Shown: positions 1 through 7,027 of the stretch, one piece after another
Layout of the letters: each line of letters begins with the position of its first letter
Numbering within the stretch: the first letter of the stretch is position 1
Assembly (NCBI GenBank): GCA_030643695.1
Contig: DAOWKM010000072.1
Coordinates: 1-29,347 of the forward strand
Source: Dehalococcoidia bacterium
GTDB lineage: Bacteria > Chloroflexota > Dehalococcoidia > Dehalococcoidales > DAOWKM01
Length of the DNA stretch: 29,347 nt
Reading direction: 5' to 3'
Made by a program: the position numbers and the translations under genes
Notes under the pieces: generated by a model
Databases searched by the model: none
What the model was told of the DNA's origin: nothing
Seen by the model: only the letters and a program-made list of their open reading frames with translations

Positions 1-110
1 AATAAAGTTAAGAGATTTTAGGTGACCTATCCCCCTCTCATTCAAATGAGCTTTGTATCATAACTGCCTACTGTATTAAAAGTCGGGCAGTTGTATCAAA
101 AGTATGTCTG

Positions 111-332
111 CTATTTTCTAATGTAGGGAGCGAGTATCATGAGGGTAAGTCCTGCAAGGAACGTAAATAAAATCGCCCAAGTATCGGCTTTTATTGCGAG
201 AAGTGCTAAAGAACCAATCACACCAGCAAAACCGAAATTATATACCCATTGAATATCTGCCCTTCTTTGTGCCCTTGTGAGTAGTGCCTTTATCTCAGAT
301 AATTCTTTTAAGACCTTATCATCTTGAGCCAT
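111..332 (-). CDS. Small hypothetical membrane protein (73 aa, two predicted TM segments)
   Basis: ATG at 332 is preceded on the minus strand by a strong RBS (AAAGGAGG; + strand acctccttt near 343-351). The C-terminal half has two hydrophobic stretches. No family recognised. Confidence 0.7.
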   Translation of the reverse strand: MAQDDKVLKELSEIKALLTRAQRRADIQWVYNFGFAGVIGSLALLAIKADTWAILFTFLAGLTLMILAPYIRK

Positions 333-418
333 TATTGATAACCTCCTTTCCGTTTCGTTTGGCTTTACCTTAGAACTGCCACTTGCCCCAAAAGGATATA
401 AATATGATTGCTATGACT

Positions 419-673
419 CTACTTATGTGTTTCATGCCCGAATAATTTCCTGACTAAATGCCAGAGTAACCCTATAGGCAACACAAGTAAGATATACAAA
501 CCATACAATACATGAATAGGATTGAAATCGAACGTTCGGTCTTCAGGTCTTACTTTGCACTTCTGCAATATCGCTCTAATTCTCTCTTTTTCTTCATCAC
601 TAACCCAATTGTCATTTAATTTGTTGCGCAGTTTTTTAATCTCAATTTCAGGTAAGAATAATTCATCTCTCAC
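419..673 (-). CDS. Small hypothetical protein with C-terminal TM helix (84 aa)
   Basis: GTG start with GGGGGTGG upstream. The N-terminus is charged and helical, followed by the hydrophobic VLYGLYILLVLPIGLLW segment. It lies downstream of a good sigma70 promoter. Confidence 0.6.
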   Translation of the reverse strand: MRDELFLPEIEIKKLRNKLNDNWVSDEEKERIRAILQKCKVRPEDRTFDFNPIHVLYGLYILLVLPIGLLWHLVRKLFGHETHK

Positions 674-731
674 AGTTCCACCCCCAATTCAGACTGTGGC
701 ATTGAAGATTGACCCGTGTTTTAGTGTTAGA

Positions 732-760
732 ACTCTACTCTGTTACCTGGCTTTTGTCAA
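732..760 (-). promoter_or_regulatory. Sigma70-type promoter for the 84-aa/73-aa ORFs
   Basis: Minus strand reads TTGACA (760-755), N17, TAGAGT (737-732). Confidence 0.55.
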
Positions 761-773
761 TGGCTTAAGTCGG

Positions 774-880
774 CTAAGAGGGCGTCTAAGAGGGGCGTTA
801 GCCCCTCTTTTTAGTATCCTCCCCCCTCATGATAGGAATATATATCCATATCATGGAGAGGGGGACTTAAGGGGGTGAGG
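774..880. repeat. REP-like palindromic unit 1 (short hairpin + long hairpin + G-rich tail)
   Basis: Perfect stem AAGAGGGGC(788-796)-GTTA-GCCCCTCTT(801-809), preceded by an imperfect tandem CTAAGAGGG(G)CG duplication. A long imperfect hairpin spans about 819-865, followed by the tail CTTAAGGGGGTGAGG. Confidence 0.7.
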
Positions 881-924
881 TAGACAATATACTATTCTTC
901 TTGGGCATGGATTATAAGGGAAAG

Positions 925-1003
925 TTTGAAGGGGCTCCGCCCCTTCAAAAACCATAAGTCCCCTTCCCCTTGATAAGGGGAAGGGGATAAAGGGGATAGG
1001 GTT
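925..1003. repeat. REP-like palindromic unit 2 (short hairpin + long hairpin + G-rich tail)
   Basis: Perfect 11-bp stem TTTGAAGGGGC(925-935)-TCC-GCCCCTTCAAA(939-949). Perfect 13-bp stem TCCCCTTCCCCTT(959-971)-GAT-AAGGGGAAGGGGA(975-987). Tail TAAAGGGGATAGGGTT. Confidence 0.7.
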
Positions 1004-1100
1004 AATATTAATAAAAGCCTCTATTCTTTTTAGCCTTGATAGGGTAAAATCTGGATAGAAGCCAAAGAAAAATCTGAAAAATTAAGGAGGGGATGGAAAA

Positions 1101-1640
1101 ATGAACTGTTGGATACTTCAATGCAATCCTAATAAGTGGTGTTGGTTTGATGCAGTGAGAGATTATGGCAATAAGCCAGATACCTGGGGGATTAGCCAAT
1201 ATGTTAATGAAGTTAAGCTAAGCGATACAGCCTTTGTTTGGTTATCAAATGAGTATGAACCTAAAACCCAGATGATTTACAACCCACAGATAAAGAGGTT
1301 TGAGAAGTTGCTAGATAAGCATGAACGAACTAGTAAGGTAATAAGACCTCGTGGAATTTATGCAATGGCTAAGATAACAGGGGTGCCTGACGAGCAACGG
1401 AAGCGCTTTGATTGGGAATATCAATACCGGGTAGATAAGGAGGAGATGGAGCGTCTTAGTTCATTACCTAGATTAGAGCTAAAATATACCAAATTTTTGA
1501 TTGATACACCCTTAGTGGTAGATGACCTAAAAGCTGCAAATCTAAATGGCTTGCTCATTTTGCGGATGCCTCACGAAGGTATATATAACCTTACACCGCA
1601 AGAATGTGAGATTATTAAGAGCCTAATAGGAAATCGTTAA
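1101..1640 (+). CDS. EVE (PUA-like) domain protein, stand-alone
   Basis: N-terminal CWILQCNP...W pattern, DTAFVW and RGIYAMAKITG segments are typical of EVE domains. RBS AAGGAGG lies upstream. Confidence 0.65.
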   Translation: MNCWILQCNPNKWCWFDAVRDYGNKPDTWGISQYVNEVKLSDTAFVWLSNEYEPKTQMIYNPQIKRFEKLLDKHERTSKVIRPRGIYAMAKITGVPDEQRKRFDWEYQYRVDKEEMERLSSLPRLELKYTKFLIDTPLVVDDLKAANLNGLLILRMPHEGIYNLTPQECEIIKSLIGNR

Positions 1641-1653
1641 AGGAATTAAACTT

Positions 1654-2352
1654 TTGAGAATTCTGGCTATCATAGCTAAGTGGCTGTTTATTCTCTGTCT
1701 GCCTGTCCTGCTGCTGTCGGCGAGCATTGGCTGGGCAGCCAATAGCCTCTGGCTGTATAAGTATGGTGTTCAGGAATATGATGTCAGTCAGACCTTATCT
1801 GATTATGGACTGGAGCTATCTGATTCAGAGCTAGAGGGGATATACGCTGGGCTAATCAGCTATTTTAACTCCGATGAGGAGTATATCAGCCTTACCGTGG
1901 TCAAGGATGGCAAACCAGTTAACCTGTTTACTCCTGAGGAGGTTATCCACTTCAGGGATGTCAAGGGATTAATCTGGCTAGATTACCGGATTTTATTGGG
2001 GACATTGGTTTATACCCTGGGCTATGCCGGGGTTAGTCTCTTGTGGCGGAGGAGGAGATATTGGCGGCAGTTAGCCTGGGGAGTAGTTGCTGGGAGTAGC
2101 ATTACCTTGGTGGTGATGCTGGGTCTGGGATTATTAGATACACTCGTTGGTTTTCATCAGCTGTTTTACCAGTTTCATCTCCTGTTCTTCAGCAATGAAT
2201 TCTGGTCAGCCGAAGGTTATATGCTCCTGCTCTTTCCTGAGGACTTTTTCTCGGTTGCTGCTATATTCTGCGCTGGCATAACTGCTGGTCTGGCTATAGT
2301 TTTGGGTGGGGTGAGTGGGGTATACTTAAAGAGGAAAAGGCAAACCGTCTAA
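1654..2352 (+). CDS. TIGR01906/DUF1461 membrane protein, lipoprotein intramolecular transacylase (Lit)-like
   Basis: Four-TM topology with an extracytoplasmic loop, and two His-containing motifs EVIHFRDVK and FYQFHLLFF as in the Lit family. TTG start. Confidence 0.75.
   Translation: MRILAIIAKWLFILCLPVLLLSASIGWAANSLWLYKYGVQEYDVSQTLSDYGLELSDSELEGIYAGLISYFNSDEEYISLTVVKDGKPVNLFTPEEVIHFRDVKGLIWLDYRILLGTLVYTLGYAGVSLLWRRRRYWRQLAWGVVAGSSITLVVMLGLGLLDTLVGFHQLFYQFHLLFFSNEFWSAEGYMLLLFPEDFFSVAAIFCAGITAGLAIVLGGVSGVYLKRKRQTV
2299..2320 (+). repeat. 22-bp direct repeat, copy 1 (inside 3' end of lit-like gene)
   Basis: GTTTTGGGTGGGGTGAGTGGGG, identical to 2589-2610. Confidence 0.95.
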
Positions 2353-2365
2353 AGGGGCTATATTT

Positions 2366-2566
2366 ATGAAAGCAAAAAGGGAATTTGGAGAGGCGAAAGC
2401 CAGGGGAGTGATACTGGCTATATGCCCAGTATGCAAGGGGGCAGGAATAGTAACAAAGGAACTCCCCTTTCGGGCTAACCCCAAGGCACCGGCAACTCGT
2501 GCTGACCGACTGGGCTTTAAAACCTGCCCGAGATGTAACGGCAGCGGCCGAGTTAGTACGGGATAG
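2366..2566 (+). CDS. Small DnaJ-type zinc-finger protein (two CxxCxGxG motifs)
   Basis: CPVCKGAG and CPRCNGSG motifs; ATG start with GGGG upstream. Confidence 0.7.
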   Translation: MKAKREFGEAKARGVILAICPVCKGAGIVTKELPFRANPKAPATRADRLGFKTCPRCNGSGRVSTG

Positions 2567-2588
2567 GCATTATCAAGTTTTAACTCTG

Positions 2589-2610
2589 GTTTTGGGTGGG
2601 GTGAGTGGGG
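2589..2610 (+). repeat. 22-bp direct repeat, copy 2 (displaced original 3' end of lit-like gene)
   Basis: Identical to 2299-2320. It translates LVLGGVSGGYLLFSRRR, versus IVLGGVSGVYLKRKR in copy 1. Confidence 0.95.
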
Positions 2611-2651
2611 GGTATCTGCTATTTAGCAGAAGAAGGTTAAGTCCTGGGTGC

Positions 2652-2885
2652 CTATCTAACATATTTACGATAGAAAAGCAAGGCGAGTAATATAGCAATC
2701 GGGTAAGATGCCAGTGTTTCAACAATTGTGACTTCTGTTGGAACCACGAATAGAATCAGTCTTGCTAAAGCTTCATCAAGTGTAATCGATTCGAATATAG
2801 CAAACTGACAAAACAAGATTAATACTTTGATGAAAAACAGAATTAAGAGAAATACAGCGATAAATCTTCCAATTTTCTTTAACAT
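2652..2885 (-). CDS. Small hypothetical membrane protein (77 aa)
   Basis: Highly hydrophobic AT-rich ORF with a basic N-terminus; no family recognised. Confidence 0.5.
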   Translation of the reverse strand: MLKKIGRFIAVFLLILFFIKVLILFCQFAIFESITLDEALARLILFVVPTEVTIVETLASYPIAILLALLFYRKYVR

Positions 2886-2952
2886 ACTATTTACTGTCCT
2901 ATTTCAAGATATGAAGCTAACCTCATCTGCTTTCCCCCAAGCTGAATTTGCA

Positions 2953-4052
2953 CTACAATCTTATCAACCTGTTTAACCTATTCATCGCCTCCTTCTTCTC
3001 TCTCAAGCCCAGTTTAGTCTTGTTTATGGCTTTGCTCAATAGCTCAATTGACTGGTCATAGGTTTTTCGGTCAACAGGGTAGGGATAGCCGTCCTTGCCA
3101 CCGTGGGCGAAGCTGTAACGGGCGGGGTCTTGGTAGCTGGGGGCTACCCCATAGACTAACTCAGAAATCAGGCTCAGGGCACGAATGGTCTTGGGACCGA
3201 CCCCTTGTAGTCCCAGTAGCTGCTCAAAGTCGTTTGGCTGGCGGTCATAGGTGCTTAACAGAATCTTACTCAGACTATCAGGATGGAGGTCACCGGTGCT
3301 TAGGTAGTGATGTGAAGGCAGGTCTAAAGTTTTTAATCTTTTTAGTTCAGCTAAGACACTCTGCGGCTTTTCATTGGTGGCGATACCAGTGATAGTGGTT
3401 CGGGCTGAGGCACTTTCGCTGGCAATCAGGTTTAGTGCCTGTCCCCTTGTTTCAGATAGAATGGCGGAATGGGGCTCGTTGACAAAGTCGGTTACTTTTT
3501 CACCCAGCCAGTGATAGCGGCGGGCATAGCGGGTAGCTTCGTTCATACCCTGCTGAATAACTATCCACGAACCGCTGAGGGTGAACAGGAAGGCATGATG
3601 GTAAAGCTGGTAGCCGTCCTGAATGGCAGAGCTATCTACCTTGGCTGACATTCGGCTGGCATATACCAGTGGCGCCGGGTTTACCGAGACCGAGTTTCCC
3701 CAGCGTTCTATTTCAAGTGGAGTTTGCCGTGAAGCCCTACCCTTACCGCCAGCAATAAACAAAAGCCCAGGTCTCTCTCCAGCCCCTTTATTCCTTCTTT
3801 GAGAGCACCACACAGGGTAGTGGTAACACCACTTGAGTGCCAGTCATAGCCCAAGATGCAGCCGAAAGCCTGAAACCAGTAGGGGTGTGATAGCCGCCTT
3901 AGCATCTCTTCAGCGCCAAAGTCAGCCACAATGGCAATAGTAATCTCCCGAGCCAGCCGAACCATGCGGTCAAATAGCCAGGGTGGCACCTTACCATAGT
4001 GGAGGGGTAGGTTAGCCATACCGGTTCGTCTAGGGATAATAGAGGCTGACAT
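2953..4052 (-). pseudogene. DUF763 family protein split by a frameshift near 3761-3764
   Basis: ORF 3708-4052 carries the N-terminal DUF763 motifs ([32 protein letters not shown]). ORF 2953-3813 carries the rest (FIAGGKG, QQGMN, HhH-like GVGPKTIRAL, YSFAHGGKDG). The frames switch at GGCTTTTGTTT. Confidence 0.8.
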
Positions 4053-4064
4053 ACCTCACCCCAA

Positions 4065-4295
4065 TCAGAGATTGCAGGTATCGCAGCTGGTGGCACTACA
4101 GCCAGCACAGGGGTTACTGGCTGAGGGAACAGTCAGACCAAAATCATTCTCCGAGCGGGAAACAAAAGTGGAGAATATCCGTTCAGCACCATTATGGCAC
4201 TGAGGGCAGGAAGCCCCCTCTTTAGACTGGCTTAATGAGCGCAATAACTCAAACTTTAAACCACAAGCAGGACAAGTATATTCATAAATCGGCAT
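4065..4295 (-). CDS. FmdB-family zinc ribbon (CxxC_CxxC) putative regulatory protein
   Basis: MPIYEYTCPACG...CPQC...ERIFS signature, plus a Cys-rich C-terminal tail. Confidence 0.9.
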   Translation of the reverse strand: MPIYEYTCPACGLKFELLRSLSQSKEGASCPQCHNGAERIFSTFVSRSENDFGLTVPSASNPCAGCSATSCDTCNL

Positions 4296-4306
4296 TTTCT
4301 ATAATT

Positions 4307-4335
4307 ATTTTAATCATTTTTAGGGTAGAAGTCAA
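4307..4335 (-). promoter_or_regulatory. Sigma70-type promoter for the FmdB/DUF763 genes
   Basis: Minus strand TTGACT (4335-4330), N17, TAAAAT (4312-4307). Confidence 0.55.
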
Positions 4336-4344
4336 ACCTACCCT

Positions 4345-4373
4345 TTGACCAAGTAGTGGCTGGATAGTATACT
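4345..4373 (+). promoter_or_regulatory. Sigma70-type promoter for nadE
   Basis: TTGACC (4345-4350), N17, TATACT (4368-4373). Confidence 0.65.
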
Positions 4374-4404
4374 ACCGGTGTTTGGCTTACGATGGAGATT
4401 TAGC

Positions 4405-5139
4405 ATGAATACAGAGCAGCTAGCTGACAGGCTAGCCTTATGGATAAGGGATAAGGTATTGGTTGCCGGGTGTAAGGGGGTGGTGGTAGGCATGAGTGGC
4501 GGGCTTGACTCCTCGGTATTAGCGGTATTATGCTGTCGTGCTTTTCCGCAGGGTACACTGGGGGTGCTTATGCCTTGCTACAATAGCCGGGAGGATATGG
4601 AGCATGCCCTGATTGTGGCTGGTCAGTTCTCCATTCTTACTAAAACAGTAGTCCTTGATGCCGTTTTTGATACCCTGCTCCAGGCATTACCTGGTGATAG
4701 GGTGGAGCCTGGTGCCAACCAGCTAGCTGAAGCCAACCTCAAGGTTAGGTTAAGGATGCTCACCCTTTACTACTTTGCCAACCAGCTTAAGTATATGGTG
4801 GCTGGGTCAGGTAATAGGAGCGAGCTTTCGGTGGGCTACTTTACCAAGTATGGGGATGGTGGGGTAGATATTCTGCCATTAGGCAATCTGGTCAAAGGAC
4901 AGGTAAGGGAACTGGCTGGCTTCCTGGGCATTCCTCAGCAAATTATAGAAAAGCCCCCCTCAGCTGGTTTGTGGGAGGGGCAAACCGATGAAGGTGAGCT
5001 GGGACTCAGCTATGAGGAACTTGACTGCTATTTGATTACCGGTCAAGCCTCAACTGAACTGAGGGAAAAGATTGAGTCTATGATAGCGGCTAGTAGCCAT
5101 AAGCGCTTGCCACCTCCAGTGGCTGGCTTTCAAGATTAG
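4405..5139 (+). CDS. nadE: NH3-dependent NAD+ synthetase
   Basis: SGGLDS, NLKVRLRM, FTKYGDGG and PPSAGLWEGQTDE motifs; no glutaminase domain. Start placed at ATG 4405 (GGAG at 4394-4397). Confidence 0.95.
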   Translation: MNTEQLADRLALWIRDKVLVAGCKGVVVGMSGGLDSSVLAVLCCRAFPQGTLGVLMPCYNSREDMEHALIVAGQFSILTKTVVLDAVFDTLLQALPGDRVEPGANQLAEANLKVRLRMLTLYYFANQLKYMVAGSGNRSELSVGYFTKYGDGGVDILPLGNLVKGQVRELAGFLGIPQQIIEKPPSAGLWEGQTDEGELGLSYEELDCYLITGQASTELREKIESMIAASSHKRLPPPVAGFQD

Positions 5140-5160
5140 CCAAAAACTAATCACATCCCC

Positions 5161-5189
5161 TTGTTTTGATAGAGTGTTTGTGTTATGAT
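5161..5189 (+). promoter_or_regulatory. Extended -10 promoter for recA
   Basis: TTGTTT (5161-5166), N17, TATGAT (5184-5189), with TG at 5181-5182. Confidence 0.5.
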
Positions 5190-5204
5190 GCAGGTAAGGC
5201 GAAG

Positions 5205-6203
5205 ATGACCACAGAGAGAGAGAAGGCGCTGGGGTTAGCTATTGACCAGATTGAAAAGCGATTTGGTAAAGGCTCAATCATGAAGCTGGGGGAATCGCCA
5301 GCTATGTCATCAGTAGAAGCTATTCCCAGTGGCTCACTGGCGCTGGATATTGCTCTAGGTGTGGGGGGTATTCCCAGGGGACGAATTACAGAAATATTTG
5401 GTCCCGAGGCATCAGGGAAGACTACCTTAGGTCAGCATATAATTGCTGAAGCGCAAAAACGAGGAGGTATGGCTGCCTATATTGATGTGGAGCATGCCCT
5501 AGACCCTACCTATGCTGCCGATTGCGGTGTTAACGTTGACGAGTTGCTTATCTCTCAGCCTGATACTGGGGAGCAGGCTCTGGAGATTACTGAGGCACTG
5601 GTCAGGAGTGGGGCTATTGATGTAATCGTAATTGACAGCGTAGCTGCTTTAGTACCTCAGGCTGAAATTGAGGGGGAAATGGGAGATGTTCATGTTGGCT
5701 TGCAGGCTCGCCTAATGTCGCAAGCATTGAGAAAGCTAGCTGCCGCTATCGGTAGGTCAGGGACATCGGTAGTATTCATCAACCAGCTACGGGAAAAGGT
5801 TGGCATCATCTTTGGTAATCCTGAGGTGACACCTGGCGGCAGGGCGTTGAAATTCTATAGTTCAATAAGGATAGACCTGAGGCGAGTTGAAACAATCAAG
5901 CGGGGGAATGAGGCTATAGGTAGCCAAATTAGGGCTAGGGTAGTCAAAAATAAGGTTGCCCCTCCCTTCAAAACTGCTATGTTTGACATTATGTTTGACC
6001 ATGGGATAAGCAGTGAGGGCAATCTTGTTGACCTAGGTGCGGAGCTAGGGCTGGTGAAGAAGGTAGGCACCTTTTTCTCCTATGGTGATGTTCGTCTGGG
6101 GCAAGGTAGGGAGAATGCCAAGCAATACTTGAGTCAGAATCCTGAGCTTGCCGGTGAGATTGAGCAGCAAATTAGAGCCTCAGCTACACCCGTGACCTTT
6201 TAA
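5205..6203 (+). CDS. recA: Recombinase A
   Basis: GPEASGKTT Walker [28 protein letters not shown] and GGRALKFY motifs. Start set at ATG 5205. Confidence 0.99.
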   Translation: MTTEREKALGLAIDQIEKRFGKGSIMKLGESPAMSSVEAIPSGSLALDIALGVGGIPRGRITEIFGPEASGKTTLGQHIIAEAQKRGGMAAYIDVEHALDPTYAADCGVNVDELLISQPDTGEQALEITEALVRSGAIDVIVIDSVAALVPQAEIEGEMGDVHVGLQARLMSQALRKLAAAIGRSGTSVVFINQLREKVGIIFGNPEVTPGGRALKFYSSIRIDLRRVETIKRGNEAIGSQIRARVVKNKVAPPFKTAMFDIMFDHGISSEGNLVDLGAELGLVKKVGTFFSYGDVRLGQGRENAKQYLSQNPELAGEIEQQIRASATPVTF

Positions 6204-6253
6204 TGAGTGACTAATGTTGCTTTAAGCAGATAGGTAATAGTTAGTAAGGTTAG

Positions 6254-6283
6254 ATAAGGCTGAGGCTGATGCTTTAGCCTTAT
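6254..6283 (+). terminator. Stem-loop between recA and recX (possible attenuator or transcript-stabilising hairpin)
   Basis: ATAAGGCT-GAGGC-TGAT-GCTTT-AGCCTTAT forms a 13-bp stem with G-U pairs; no clear U-tract. Confidence 0.3.
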
Positions 6284-6309
6284 GTTATTAAAGGGGGTAT
6301 GACAAGTTA

Positions 6310-6966
6310 GTGGGGAGGATTACTGCTATCCGTGATGGGAGGGGTCGGGGAAGGCGGGTAAATGTATTCTTAGACGGCAAGTTTGCCTTTAGCTTGGAGG
6401 CTGAACTAGCCGTAAAAGAAAGCTTACAGGTGGGACAAGAGCTATTCACCAGTCAGATTGGAGCACTGGCTAGGTTTGACCACTTCCACCGTTGTCTTAA
6501 TGCTGCTGCTCACTACCTTGGCTATCGACCTCGCAGTGAGTCTGAACTAAGGGAGAGACTCCACCGTCGTGGTTTTGATGGTGATAGTGTAGAGGCAGTA
6601 ATAGCCAGGCTAAAGGAGCAGGGGTTGGTGGATGATATGGCTTTTGCTCAATTCTGGAGGGATAACCGGGAATCATTTAGCCCGCGTAGCCAGTGGCTAA
6701 CTAGATTAGAGCTGAGGCAAAAGGGGGTAGCTGGTGACATTATAGACCAAGTGGTTGATGCTATTGATGATGACGATAGTGCCTATCGGGCGGCCCGGAA
6801 TAAAGCCCGTAGTTTACTCCAGTGCGACTATCAGACCTTCCGTCACCGGTTAGGTGACTATCTCAAGCGGCGCGGCTTTAGCTACGGGGTGATAAATCAT
6901 GTTGTGGAACGGATGTGGCAGGAACAGGGGAATGGGTCTAGGCCACTAAACCAGCAGAATGAGTAG
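6310..6966 (+). CDS. recX: RecX family regulatory protein
   Basis: Directly after recA. Motifs YLGYRPRSESEL, GLVDDMAFA, ELRQKG and YLKRRGFSY. GTG start. Confidence 0.92.
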   Translation: MGRITAIRDGRGRGRRVNVFLDGKFAFSLEAELAVKESLQVGQELFTSQIGALARFDHFHRCLNAAAHYLGYRPRSESELRERLHRRGFDGDSVEAVIARLKEQGLVDDMAFAQFWRDNRESFSPRSQWLTRLELRQKGVAGDIIDQVVDAIDDDDSAYRAARNKARSLLQCDYQTFRHRLGDYLKRRGFSYGVINHVVERMWQEQGNGSRPLNQQNE

Positions 6967-7027
6967 TATTAGCTATCTATAGTCTACCCCTATATCGGGA
7001 AAGTTGCATAATAAAGGGGGGTTAACA

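Noticed and set aside
62-92. Stem-loop downstream of the 73-aa gene as a terminator
   Set aside because: The stem contains a bulge and a pair that becomes a mismatch on the transcribed (minus) strand, and there is no U-tract.
522-878. 118-aa + strand ORF
   Set aside because: It is antisense to the better-supported 84-aa gene, crosses its promoter and the palindromic repeats, and has no RBS or recognisable motif.
774-1003. CRISPR array or tRNA interpretation of the repeat region
   Set aside because: There are no identical regularly spaced repeats, no cas genes and no cloverleaf or T-loop motifs.
2499-2690. 63-aa ORF
   Set aside because: It is explained as the displaced 3' end of the lit-like gene read through from a chance start.
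3048-4108. + strand ORFs 3048-3392 and 3899-4108
   Set aside because: They are antisense shadows of DUF763. The same applies to the many 60-130 aa antisense ORFs inside recA, rny, the redox cluster, arsA, nrdJ and tldD.
5168-5180. SOS box in the recA promoter (GATA-GAGT-GTTT)
   Set aside because: It has three mismatches to GAAC-N4-GTTC, too weak to call.
6299-6310. Mini-ORF ATG-ACA-AGT-TAG with an RBS, overlapping the recX GTG
   Set aside because: It could give translational coupling, but a 3-codon ORF is easily chance and there is no supporting evidence.
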